From Azolla caroliniana (taxonomy: Eukaryota > Plantae > Polypodiophyta), in assembly GCA_043228905.1 (NCBI GenBank), contig JBHGNT010000017.1, positions 15,562,001 through 15,626,000 of the forward strand: a stretch of 64,000 bases of DNA. The letters are read 5' to 3'. The translations under genes were made by a program, and so were the position numbers. Positions within the stretch are counted from its first letter, which is position 1. Each line of letters starts with the position of its first letter. Positions 37,301-47,762 of the stretch are shown piece after piece. Under the pieces are notes generated by a model that saw only the letters and a list, made by a program, of their open reading frames with translations, made no database searches and had not been told where the DNA came from.

Positions 37301-39723
37301 ACGGTGAAGAAACAGAACCGGCCGAGGAAGATGAAACTAATACCGGAACCAGCCCCGATCCCGAAATGGATTCGGATGAAGAGGAAACGGAGGAGCCGGT
37401 TACCGAAGCTCCGGAACGGAGATATCCTCTAAGAGAGAGAAGGCCCCCCCGGAGATTTCCGGAACCAGAGCACGTGCTGCTAACCGACGAGGGGGAGCCG
37501 GAGAGCTTTGAAGAAGCAAAGCTTGACACCCATAGCCGCAGGTGGTTAAGTGCCATGCAGGACGAGATGGATTCCCTGCATGAGAACCACACATATGAAC
37601 TTGTGGAGTTGCCGAAAGGAAAGCGGGCACTTCGGAACAAGTGGGTGTTCAAGCTGAAACCGGGAGATGCCGGAAAACCCCCGAGATACAAAGCCAGGAT
37701 CGTGGTGAAGGGGTTCCAGCAGAAGAAGGGCGTCGATTTCGACGAGATATTTGCCCCGGTAGTGAAGATGACCTCTATCCGGACGGTGCTCAGCATAGCG
37801 GCAAGCATGGACCTCGAGGTAGAACAGATGGACGTGAAGACGGCATTCCTTCACGGTGACCTCGAAGAAGAGATCTACATGCAGCAACCGGAAGGATTCG
37901 AGAAGAAAGGGAAGGAGCACCTGGTATGCCGGTTGAAGAAGAGCCTGTACGGACTGAAGCAGGCTCCCCGGCAATGGTACCGGAAGTTCGACTCCTTCAT
38001 GACCGACGAAGGGTACCACAAAACGCAGTCCGATCACTGCGTGTTTGTGAAGAAGTTCGAAGGAGGAGACTCTCTAATACTCCTCCTATACGTGGACGAC
38101 ATGTTGATCGTCGGACGGGACCAGGTCAAGATACGGACGCTGAAGAAAGCGCTTCACCAAACCTTCTCAATGAAGGACCTGGGTCCGGCGAGGCAAATAC
38201 TAGGGATGCACATCATCCGGGACCGGAAGAAGAAGCAGTTGTGGCTGTCACAGGAGAAGTACGTGACAAAGGTGCTTCACCGGTTCAACATGTCGGAAGC
38301 AAGACCGGTCGGGTCAACCCTCCCGGCAAACTGCAAGTTGTCCAGCAAGCAAAGCCCCAAGACAAAGGCTGAGAAGGAGGACATGATGAAAGTACCATAT
38401 GCCTCTGCCGTTGGAAGCTTGATGTACGCAATGGTGTGTACAAGACCGGACATAGGATATGCAGTTGGAGTGGTGAGCCGATACATGAGCAATCCCGGCA
38501 AAGAGCACTGGAACGCGGTCAAGTGGATACTCCGATACCTGAAGGGCACGGCAAACGTGTGCCTCCGATTCGGCTCCGGTAAGCCCGAATTCGACGGCTT
38601 TACTGATTCGGATATGTCGGCTGATGCAGATACCAGCCGGTCCACATCAGGGTATGTGATGACGTATGCAGGGGGAGTTGTTTCGTGGCAGTCGAGGCTG
38701 CAGAAGACGGTTGCGTTGTCAACCACGGAGGCGGAGTACATGGCGGCTGTTGAAGCCGGCAAGGAAATAATATGGATGAAGGACTTCATTAGAGAGCTCG
38801 GTATCCGGCAAGAGGAGTACCGACTCTACTGCGACAGTCAGAGTGCCATCCACCTTGCGAAGAACGCGGCCTATCACTCCCGGACGAAGCACATCCAGCG
38901 AAGATATCACTGGATCCGGGAAAGGATAGAAGACAAGGAGTTCGTGCTGACGAAGATCCACACGGACGAGAACGGGTCGGATATGCTGACCAAGGTGCTC
39001 ACACCCGACAAGCTGGAAGCATGCCGGAAGAGGGTCGGATTGGAGAAACATCCCATGCCGAAGTGAAGGGGGAGTTTGTTGGGATTTCGGTCCCTCCGGA
39101 CGGGATGTCCGGAGATGAATGACGGCAAGCCCGGTTGCGGTTACGGAACCGGATGATGAAGAGTACCCGGCATGAAGCCGGATGAAGAGTACCCGGATAC
39201 GGATCCGGATGATGAAGACCCCGGTTACGGAGCCGGATGATGAATGTACCCGGAGAGAGATCCGGATGCGGGGGACATATTTGTGAATATGTTTGCCAAG
39301 GGCCCTTGAGGCTATATTTGTAAATAGCCCGAAAGTCATATGTGTATAAATATGACTTAGGGCAAACAGTTTGTAGTTGTTGCTCATTTTTATGTTTTCA
39401 GCCGAGAGAGAGCAAAGTGAGAGCAGCCGAGAGAGAGAGAGAGAGAGAGAGAGGAAGGAAGAGGTCGACGCCTCTGTGTAATACCGCCGCCTGTGGCGAA
39501 GGCAGTGAGCTCAAGGTTGTTGCCTTGTAGCTTCACCATTGTACATCTCTGTGTATAGTGATAGTTGGAGTTTGAGGACTCCCGTGGTTTTTCCCATTTA
39601 GGGTTTTCCACGTAAAACATCCTGTGTACTCTTCTCTCTATTGTCTTCGTGCATTTCGTGTATTTCCCGTTTTCTGTGAATCGATCCTGTTCCTCGGTTG
39701 TGGCCGAGCACTGTTGTTCAACA
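34317..39723 (+). mobile_element. Intact, very young Ty1/copia element C3 (LTRs 34317-34961 and 39077-39723, PBS-Met 34965-34976, PPT 39065-39074, TSD GTTTA)
   Basis: TG...CA LTRs differing, by eye, in 2 substitutions and one GA unit; GTTTA at 34312-34316 and 39724-39728. Confidence 0.98.
34993..39066 (+). CDS. Copia Gag-Pol polyprotein (Gag, PR, IN, RT, RNase H), uninterrupted
   Basis: Single ORF from ATG 34993: WVVDSGAS protease, HTDVC/ADNGGEY/NGLAER integrase, YVDD RT, TDSD/STTEAEY/KHI RNase H. The zinc knuckle reads CFHYGKPGHFRKNC (second Cys to Tyr). Confidence 0.97.
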   Translation: MEGGSSGQPGMMVLNAQNYADWKIKMEDLLIVRDLYEPIDRSEIPKGVLETEWRLLNRKAVATIRQYVDVSVLQHVANDTNAYEMWRKLSGLYERKNALNRTSLMRKIVNLKYRDGESMVEHVSTFMGFVNQLAAIKFPLEDAMQAIILMCTLPESWENLVVTLSTSCTEDNLSLQTVKTSILNEEARRRDKEPASDSKALLTESERGRQWNRSPQRREKSGTRSQSRGRPTCFHYGKPGHFRKNCRHYRKDNGADDTDSKKSPERNGAYRGATDRRGPDRRGQDRKGTTALAASEEEIMLITEERELNLAGVEMTWVVDSGASFHLTPEKKYFSSYTAGEHGCVRMGNEGTCRIAGIGDVWLMTSTGCKMLLKDVRHVPEVRLNLISAGRLDDEGYTGSIRNGVMKFSKGSLIVARARKVNTLYLMNSRLCPEELNVAADTAGELWHKRLCHMSEKGMKRLAEDNLIPVKHVHLEKCTDCLAGKQNRTSFHSRPPTRRSVPLELVHTDVCQVETKSHGGAQYFVTFIDDHSRKLWTAPLKTKDQVLSVFKELHARVERESGKKLKAIRADNGGEYRGQFTEYCRSKGIRLEFTVPKTPELNGLAERMNRTIMERVRSMLAHAKLPKGFWAEAMSTATYVINRSPSVPLDGDTPQRVWTGREVSYRHLKVFGCLAYVHVAKDRRGKLDPKTRPCIFLGYGDDEFGYRVWDPVDKKIFRSRDIIFMENKTLADWESEKKMKSSKSTGEDQLYEEQSRPARDRLALEDPAEDGEETEPAEEDETNTGTSPDPEMDSDEEETEEPVTEAPERRYPLRERRPPRRFPEPEHVLLTDEGEPESFEEAKLDTHSRRWLSAMQDEMDSLHENHTYELVELPKGKRALRNKWVFKLKPGDAGKPPRYKARIVVKGFQQKKGVDFDEIFAPVVKMTSIRTVLSIAASMDLEVEQMDVKTAFLHGDLEEEIYMQQPEGFEKKGKEHLVCRLKKSLYGLKQAPRQWYRKFDSFMTDEGYHKTQSDHCVFVKKFEGGDSLILLLYVDDMLIVGRDQVKIRTLKKALHQTFSMKDLGPARQILGMHIIRDRKKKQLWLSQEKYVTKVLHRFNMSEARPVGSTLPANCKLSSKQSPKTKAEKEDMMKVPYASAVGSLMYAMVCTRPDIGYAVGVVSRYMSNPGKEHWNAVKWILRYLKGTANVCLRFGSGKPEFDGFTDSDMSADADTSRSTSGYVMTYAGGVVSWQSRLQKTVALSTTEAEYMAAVEAGKEIIWMKDFIRELGIRQEEYRLYCDSQSAIHLAKNAAYHSRTKHIQRRYHWIRERIEDKEFVLTKIHTDENGSDMLTKVLTPDKLEACRKRVGLEKHPMPK

Positions 39724-40301
39724 GTTTATAATGTCCCATGAAGAGGATTGGGTAAGTTTTGAGACATTTGAAGCAAGAGTCTTATTTGGTTTATGATGAA
39801 TTGTAAGTTTCCATTTATGTGACTTGTTAGATAATGTGCAATGAAATTTATTGTGTGAAATGGAGCATAAGGTTCATGGTTGGTTGGATCCATATATGTA
39901 ATGCATGGTTAGGAATTATTGTCAATAGTGGTGTAGGGAATAAACATGATCTAACTATTTTCCGAGTTTCTTTGGAGTGCACATACCTAACCATGAATGG
40001 TTTCCCACATTTATTGGGAAAGAACGCCCTAAAATGTAGCTCCTTCTTTGTTGGACAAGATTGTTTTCACAAAGTTATGAGAAATTTGGTAGGAGAGTTA
40101 ACTAGACAAAGGTTCCTTATCTTTACACGCTCTAGTATTCTCTAGTTTAGTTGCCGTTATTGGATTTTCCATGCATCTATACGCCGGAAACAAAAGTTGT
40201 CATTCATTAAACAATTATAAGATAGATTTAATGGATTTTTGGTATTAGATTCTCTCCCACAAATTATCATTGTTATCACTATCATGGTATACATGTTAGC
40301 T

Positions 40302-41816
40302 TGTGACAACCTCTCCTTGTTCATAACCCGGTGTCGCGAAGTTTCGCGCTTGTGTGTTACTTGGGCGGGACCATAGGGGTCTTGTACTAGGGAGTACGAA
40401 GGGATAGAGAAAACCCGAGGTTTGCTTAACGACAATACTACTTCCCGACCCCTTCGCGAGCAAGCATTCGTTGCGCCTTTGGTGAGGCCGGTCGCTTTCG
40501 TTGATCACGACTCATCGAGTTTTCGAGACCACCGCACGAGCCAAGTGATCAAACGGGTACAAGCAAAGATGAGCACGCAAGATGAACACACAAGGGGACG
40601 AGAACACAAACACGAATGCCCTTACGTCTTTATGAGGAGGAGAGGTGCATGGGCACGCCCAAACGCTCCCTCGTCACAATACGCCGAACATACAAGGAAA
40701 GGGACGAGAATACAAACACGAATGCTCGTACGTCTTTATGAGGACGAGAGGTGCATGGGCATGCCCGGACACTCCCTTGTCACAAGACGTCGAACGTACA
40801 AGGAAGACACAAAAAACACACACAAATGATCGTATGCCTTGATGAGGAGGAGAGGTGCATGGGCAAACCCGAACGCTCCCTTGTCACAAGATGACTAAAC
40901 AAGGAAGACACAAACACACGCACAAATGCTCATATGCCTTTATGAGGAGGAGAGGTTCATGGGCACGCCCGAAACGCTCCCTCGTCACAAGACGACCAAA
41001 CGTACAAGGAAGACACAAACACACACACAAATGCTCGTACACCTTTATGAGGAGGAGTAGTGCATGGGCACTCCCGAAACGCCCCCTCGTCACAAGAAGA
41101 CCGAACGTACAAGAAAGACACAAACACACGCACAAATGCTCGTACGCCTTTATGAGGAGAGGTGAATGGGCACGCCTAAAACGCTCCCTCGTCACAAGAT
41201 GTCCGAGTGTACAAGGAAGATACAAACACACGCACAAATGCTCGTACGCTTGTATGAGGAGGAGAGGTGCATGGGCACGCCCAAAACGCTCCCTCGTCAC
41301 AAGAAGGCCGAACGTATAAGGAAGACACAAACACATGCACAAATGCTCGTACGCCTTTATGAGGAGGAGAGGTGCATGGGCACGCCCGAAACGCTCCCTC
41401 ATCACAAGACGACCGAACGTACAAGGGGACGAGAACAAAGAAAGAAAGAAAAACACGAATGATATTGGCTAAAGAAATAAATATGTGTTCGATTCCAACG
41501 CAAGAGGGCCCTTTATAAAATAGGGTTTGATTACAATGTGGCAGTTTCTAGTTAACCACAAGCTCAACAAAACATAAATACTAAATGCCCTTAGAGACAA
41601 AAGCAAATCTAAACACGGAGCACGAACACGAAGAAGACGACCACACAAGCACCACAAAAATGCCGACCCCAACGAACCACGACCACCCGAACGGCGAGAA
41701 GAGAAATGGTGAAGATGAAAATGGAGAGCTCCGAAAGAAAATTGGTGATAGTCTCCTCCCAAATGAGCCCCCCTCGACCTCCTTTTATAGGAAAAAAAGG
41801 AAGGGGGGTCGCCACA
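40302..41816 (-). mobile_element. Probable solo LTR (1.5 kb) of an unidentified LTR element
   Basis: Ends TGTGACAACC / GGTCGCCACA (8/10 inverted, TG..CA); CCTATAAAAGG on the minus strand near 41785; no matching TSD. Confidence 0.5.
40580..41440. repeat. Tandem array of about 8 copies of a ~105-bp unit
   Basis: ATGAGGAGGAGAGGTGCATGGGCACGCCC recurs every 100-106 bp; yields 35-aa repeat pseudo-ORFs. Confidence 0.93.
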
Positions 41817-42121
41817 TTCTTCTTCAATGCAAAAGGAATAAAATTGCTTAAATCATGCTACATTGTAAGACCAGATTTGAACCTTACGCCTTTAGCTAAG
41901 AGTCAATATGTCTATCCACTAGACCACTAACTCTTCTTTATAATATATATAATTCTATATCTACAAATTCATAGCTTGTCTTCTCTCTACTTTTTATCTC
42001 TCCTCTCTCTTACTTTTTATGCAAGTTTCTATAGCTCCTTTCCACCCTTCCTTTTCTCTTTTCTTTAGTATGTGCACAATTAATTGTCTTTGTGTGCACA
42101 CACATTGCACATGCACATTTT

Positions 42122-42400
42122 TATTGGGGATATGTCCCTCCAATGGGAGGAACCGACTGTTCGGAAGTAGCCAACAGTCGAAGAGTCGAAGGAACAGATT
42201 GTTCGGAAATAGCCGACAGTCGAAGAGTTGACAACAAAGAGTCGATTATTCAAACATATTATTATTATTATAGTAATAATAATAGTAATGATATGTAGCA
42301 GTGGCTATAATTGTAAATAGTCCATACGATGTATCAGTATAAATACATCTAGGGAAAACATAGTAATGGGGACGACAATAGCGTGTGAGTTGTGCGAAAG

Positions 42401-42437
<37 letters not shown>

Positions 42438-45400
42438 TGGCGCCATAGTTGTGTGAGTAACAGCAAGCTTCAAGAGTCTTGTGTGGCTAATACACTTGAC
42501 GAAGTGTTGTAATATCTCTGTTGTATATCCACTATATAGTGAAGTTTCTACTCTCCCATGGTTTTCTCCCATTTCTGGGTTTCCACGTAAATCTCTGTGT
42601 ACTGTGTCGTTGTGTGGCTGTGTTGTGATTTTCAGTATAGTTTGATCTTGTGGTTTTACGAATCGATTCTCAACGGACTGGTATCAGAGCTTGAGGTGCA
42701 AGCATGGAAGGAAGTGTGAGCAGCTTCCCAGGCATGATAGTTCTAAACTCACAGAACTATGCAGACTTGAAGATAAAGATGGAGGACCTTCTGATAGTCA
42801 AAGACTGTATGAGCCAGTCGATAGAGCAGATATACCTAGGGGGTTATTGGAGTCGGATTGGAAACTTCTTAACAGAAAGGCAGTGGCCACCATCTGACAA
42901 TGCATCGACGTAAGTATCTTGCAACATGTAGTGAACGACACAAATCCACATGAGATGTGGCAGAAGTTGTCGGGTCTATATGAGAGTAAGAACGCGCTCA
43001 ATAGAACTTGACTGATGAGAAAGATCGTACGGCTGAAATACAAGGACGGTGAGAGATCGTCGAACACACCAGCGCATTCATGGGGTATGTGAATCAACTT
43101 GCTGCAACCAAGTTTCCCCTGGATGATGCGATGCAGGCCATCCTGCTGATGTGCACACTGCTGGATCGCTGGGAGAACCTGGTGGTCACACTCAGCGCCT
43201 CCTGTCAAGAAGAGAACTTGTCTTTACAAACCATAAAGACTAGCATCCTAAATGAGGAGGCAAGGAGGAAGGACAAGGGAGTCTTGTCCCAATCGGAGTC
43301 GAATGTAACACAACGTTCAGACATAGGAGGGAACCGGCAAAGAATTCCACTAAGGAGAGAAAAGTCCCAAGCCAGATCGAAGTCCAAAGGTAAACTAGTG
43401 TGCTTTTACTATGGTAAACTTGGACACTTCCAAAAGGACTATCGACACATGAGAAAAGACAAGGGTGACGGAAACAATGTCCAACCCAGGAAGATTCCTG
43501 ATGAGAAGAACACTTCTGCCATTGCTACGAGCAATGAAGAACTGTTGTTCATCTGTGAAAAGACAAGTGCAAATCTTGCAAGTGAAGAATGCACTTGGGT
43601 GATCTATTCCGGGGCATCATTCCACATAACTCCGTCGAGAGAGTATTTCTCGACTTACATAGTCGAAGATCACGGTTATGTGAAAATGGGTGATAGTGGA
43701 GAGTGCAAGATAGCCGGAGTCGGAAGTGTCCGCCTGACGACGTTGACAGGGTGTCGATTGACTCTAAAGGATGTTCAACACATCCCCAATATCATATTGA
43801 ATCTGATATCGACTGGAATATTAGATGAAAAAGGCTATAGTGGTAGCTTTTGGAATGGCAAGTGGAAGTTCTGTCGAGGAAATCTTATAGTGGCCCGAGC
43901 ACAAAAAGAAGGCACATTATATATGATGCATGCCCGACTGTGCAAATTGGAAGTAAATGTGGCAACCGACTCAGCAAGAGAAATATGGCATAAGAGGCTA
44001 GGTCACATGAGTGAGAAGGGAATGCACCTGCTAGCAAACAAGAAACTTCTACCAAAGGTCAAGGGAGTGCACCTGGAGAAGTGCGTCGATTGCTTAGTCA
44101 GAAAGCAGAATAAAGTAGCATTCCACACAAGACCACCGAGGAGAAGAGAAGTGCCACTACAACTAGTACACACAGACGTGTGCTATGTGGATGCTCCATC
44201 GCATCGAGGTGGATAGTACTTTGTGACGTTCATTGAAGATTATAGTCGAAAGACATGGCCCTTCGTACTGAAGTCGAAGGATCAAGTACTGTCGTTTTTC
44301 AAGGAGTTCCAGGCAAGAGCCGAAAGAGAGTCGGGTCGGAAGTTGAACGTTGTTCAAACTGACAACGGTGGCGATTATGGAGGGCAATTCGAGGAATACT
44401 ACAAGTGCCAAGGTATTCGGATCGAATACACAGTGCCAAAGACCCCAGAGTTGAACGGGCTTGCAGAGAGGATGAATCGAACAATCATGGAGAGGGTAAG
44501 GAGCATGCTCTCTCATGCGAAACTGTCGAAATCCTATTGGGTTGAGGTGATGTACACAGTTGTTTATCTGATCAACAGGTCTCCCTCACTACCATTAAAG
44601 GGTGATGTCCTACAGAGACTGTGGACAGGGAAGGATGCCTCCTACCAACACCTGAGGGTGTTCGGATGTTTCGGGTATATGCATGTACCGAAGGATCAGA
44701 GGTCAAAGCTCGACAGTAAGTCGAAAGCATGCATATTCATAGGATACTCGGAAGATGAGTTCGGCTATAGGCTATGGGACCTAGTCGACAAGAAGGTGGT
44801 CAGAAGTCGGGACGTAGTCTTTCTTGAAGATAAGACAATTGAAGACTGGAATGTTTTTTTCAAAACAAAATATCATTCCATTAGTTATATAAAAAGGTCA
44901 CAACAACTACAACATACAACAGAAGTCGGATACAACTCCCCAGTCAACCCCGACTATCGTCGATCTAAGGTCAAGTGAACCAACAACATCGGCTATTCGG
45001 AGGCGGCTAGTCGGCCCAGCCGAATCCGAATTGGTCGACTCGGAAAGATCAACCGACTATGAGTCAGAGTCGGCATAGCTGCTAAGGTCAATTGAAGAGT
45101 ATGAGTTGGAGTTGTCCAACCTGGAGATGTTGATTGACGTGCAGGAACCCGAGCGGAGAGAAGAGTTGGTAGAGACATCCGAAAGAGAGCCAACAATGAG
45201 TGGAAGGAGATACCCACTCAGAGAAAGGAAAGCACCAACAACATATGCCAGTCAATACATCCTCTTGACTGATGAAGGTGAACCGGAGTGCTATGAAGAA
45301 GCCATTGCCGACGAGCACAAAGAGAAATGGTTGAGCGCGATGCAAGATGAGTTGGAATCTTTGCACGAGAATTACACCTACGACCTAGTAGAGCTGTCGA

Positions 45401-47362
45401 AAGGTAAGAGAGAACTTAGGAATAAATGCGTCTACAAGGTGAAGACTGGAGAAGCCAACAGTGAGCCCCGGTATAAAGCCCGCATATTGATGAAGGGTTT
45501 TCAACAGAAAAAGGGCGTCGACTTCGACAAAATATTCGCACCAGTCGTGAAGATGACATCCATTTGAATTGTTCTGAGTATAGCAGCCAGTATGGACCTA
45601 GAGATCGAACAGTTGGATGTCAAAACCTCATTCTTGCACGGGGAGCTAGAAGAAGAAATCTACATGCAGCAACCCGAAGGCTTTGAGGAGAAAGGGAAAG
45701 AGAACCTGGTGTATCGACTAAAGAAAAGCTTGTACGTTCTGAAACAAGCACCACGCCAATGGTACAAGAAGTTCGAGTCCTTCATGATGGAACACCGGTT
45801 CCAGAAAACACAGGTTGATCATTGTGTGTTCATCAAAAGGTACAAAGAAGGAGACTTCTTGATTCTCTTGTTATATGTTGATGACATATTGATAGTCGAA
45901 CAAGACACAAAAAGGATTGGAAGCTTGAAGAAAGCTCTAAGTAGGTCGTTTGCCATGAAAAACCTTGGACCGACTAAACAGATCTTAGGAATGCACATAG
46001 TTCAAGACAAAACTCAAAAGGTGATATGGTTGTCATAACAAAAATATGTGAAGAAGATCTTACAAAGGTTCAACATGTTGGACGCAAAGCCGGTCGGCTC
46101 GGTGTTGCCGACAAATTGCAGGTTGAATGCGAAGCAGTGCCCGAAAGGGGAGAAGGAGAAGGCCGAGATGAGGAAGGTACCATATGCGTCGGTAGTCTAA
46201 TATATGCTATGGTTTGTACGAGACCAGACATAGCATTTTCTGTGGGAGCAGTAAGCTGATATATGAGTAATCCAGGAAGAGAACATTGGGCAGTGGTGAA
46301 GTGGATACTCAGGTACTTAAAAGGCACCTCATGGTGTGTCTAGGGTATGGTGTCAGGAAACCAGTGCTGGAAGGTTTTACTGACTCGTACATGTCGAGAG
46401 ATGTAGATTCAAGTCGATCCATGTCAGGGTACGTGATGACCTATGGAGGGGGAGCAGTGTCATGGCAATCACGACTGCAGAAGTTTGTAGCCTTGTCGAC
46501 TATAGAGGCAAGAGTATATGGCAGCGGTAGAGGCCGGCAAAGAGCTGATCTGGATGAGAAATTTTCTCAACGAGCTAGGGATGATGCAGAGGGAGTTATT
46601 GCTTCACTTTGACAACCAGAGTGCCATACATCTTGCCAAGAATGCTGCATTTTACTCCCGGACCAACCACATACAAAGAAGGTATCATTGGTTGCGCGAG
46701 AAGGTCGAAGAAGGAGAATTCACACTTGTGAAGATCCACAAGGATAACAATGGATCTACCTTGGACAGACTTAGATTCTGTCGACAGAAGATAGGATTGA
46801 CTGACTCCCTCCCACTGGAGTTAAGGGGGAGTTTGTTGGGGATATGTCCCTCCAGTGGGAAGAACCAACTGTTCGGAAGTAGCCGGCAGTCGAAGAGTCG
46901 AAGGAACCGACTGTTCGGAAATAGCCGACAATCGAAGAGTCGATTATTCAAACATATTATTATTATTATTATTATAGTAATAATAATAGTAATGATATGT
47001 AGCAGTGGCTATAATTGTAAATAGTCCATACAATGTATCAGTATAAATACATCTAGGGCAAACATAGTAATGGGGACGACAATAGCGTGTGAGTTGTGCG
47101 AAAGAGAGACGAGAGAGAGATAGTGCCGTCATAGTTGTGTGAGTAACAGCAGGCGTCAAGAGTCCTATGTGGCTGATACACTCGACGAAGTGTTGTAATA
47201 TCTCTGTTGTATATCCACTATATAGTGAAGTTTCTACTCTCCCGTGGTTTTCTCCCATTTCTCGACTTCCACGTAAATCTCTATCTACTATGTCGTTGTG
47301 TGGCTATGTTGTGTACTTTCAGTATCGTTTGATCTTGTGGTTTTACGATTCGATCCTCAACA
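42122..47362 (+). mobile_element. Full-length decayed Ty1/copia C4 (LTRs 42122-42675 and 46834-47362, PBS-Met 42679-42690, TSD ATTTT)
   Basis: Paired LTRs, PBS TGGTATCAGAGC, PPT AAGGGGGAG, ATTTT at 42117-42121 and 47363-47367; fragmented gag-PR-IN-RT-RH ORFs 42704-46830. Confidence 0.95.
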
Positions 47363-47367
47363 ATTTT

Positions 47368-47762
47368 GACCCCCCCTTTCGCCGGTTTTTCCCACACTCG
47401 AGCACGCCACATCATGACATCCACCCCCACCAAACCACACATCCTCCGGTGTGTGCCAAGAATGGCAAGTTGAGGGTGGTCAATAGTTCATTTCCTCCTC
47501 CTCATTTACCCCACAGCTTGTCATTTGTTGTGAGTTGTTCTGTCGACCCACAAGGCTTAAGGTAGTAACCGAGGCCAGTTCCCAACTTGCCCATTGCAAG
47601 CTCTTACAATGGCTTTTACGATAGGCCCGTGTCCACATTCTATCTTTCCATTAGCCTCCAGGTTATAAGCGGTCGTGGGAGAGAGTTTCACTCCAAGTCA
47701 ATCAAAGAGCTCTGTAGCTTCGTGAGCGTTCAACTCTCCTCTGTCGGCCACTATCTTTCCCA
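47368..47762 (-). mobile_element. Ty3/gypsy G3: integrase end, PPT and start of 3' LTR (LTR begins 47419, interrupted by C4)
   Basis: Minus strand reads GPIVKAIVRACNGQVGNWPRLLP, then GGTGGGGGTGGA-TGTCATG, the same PPT/LTR junction as G2a. Confidence 0.8.
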
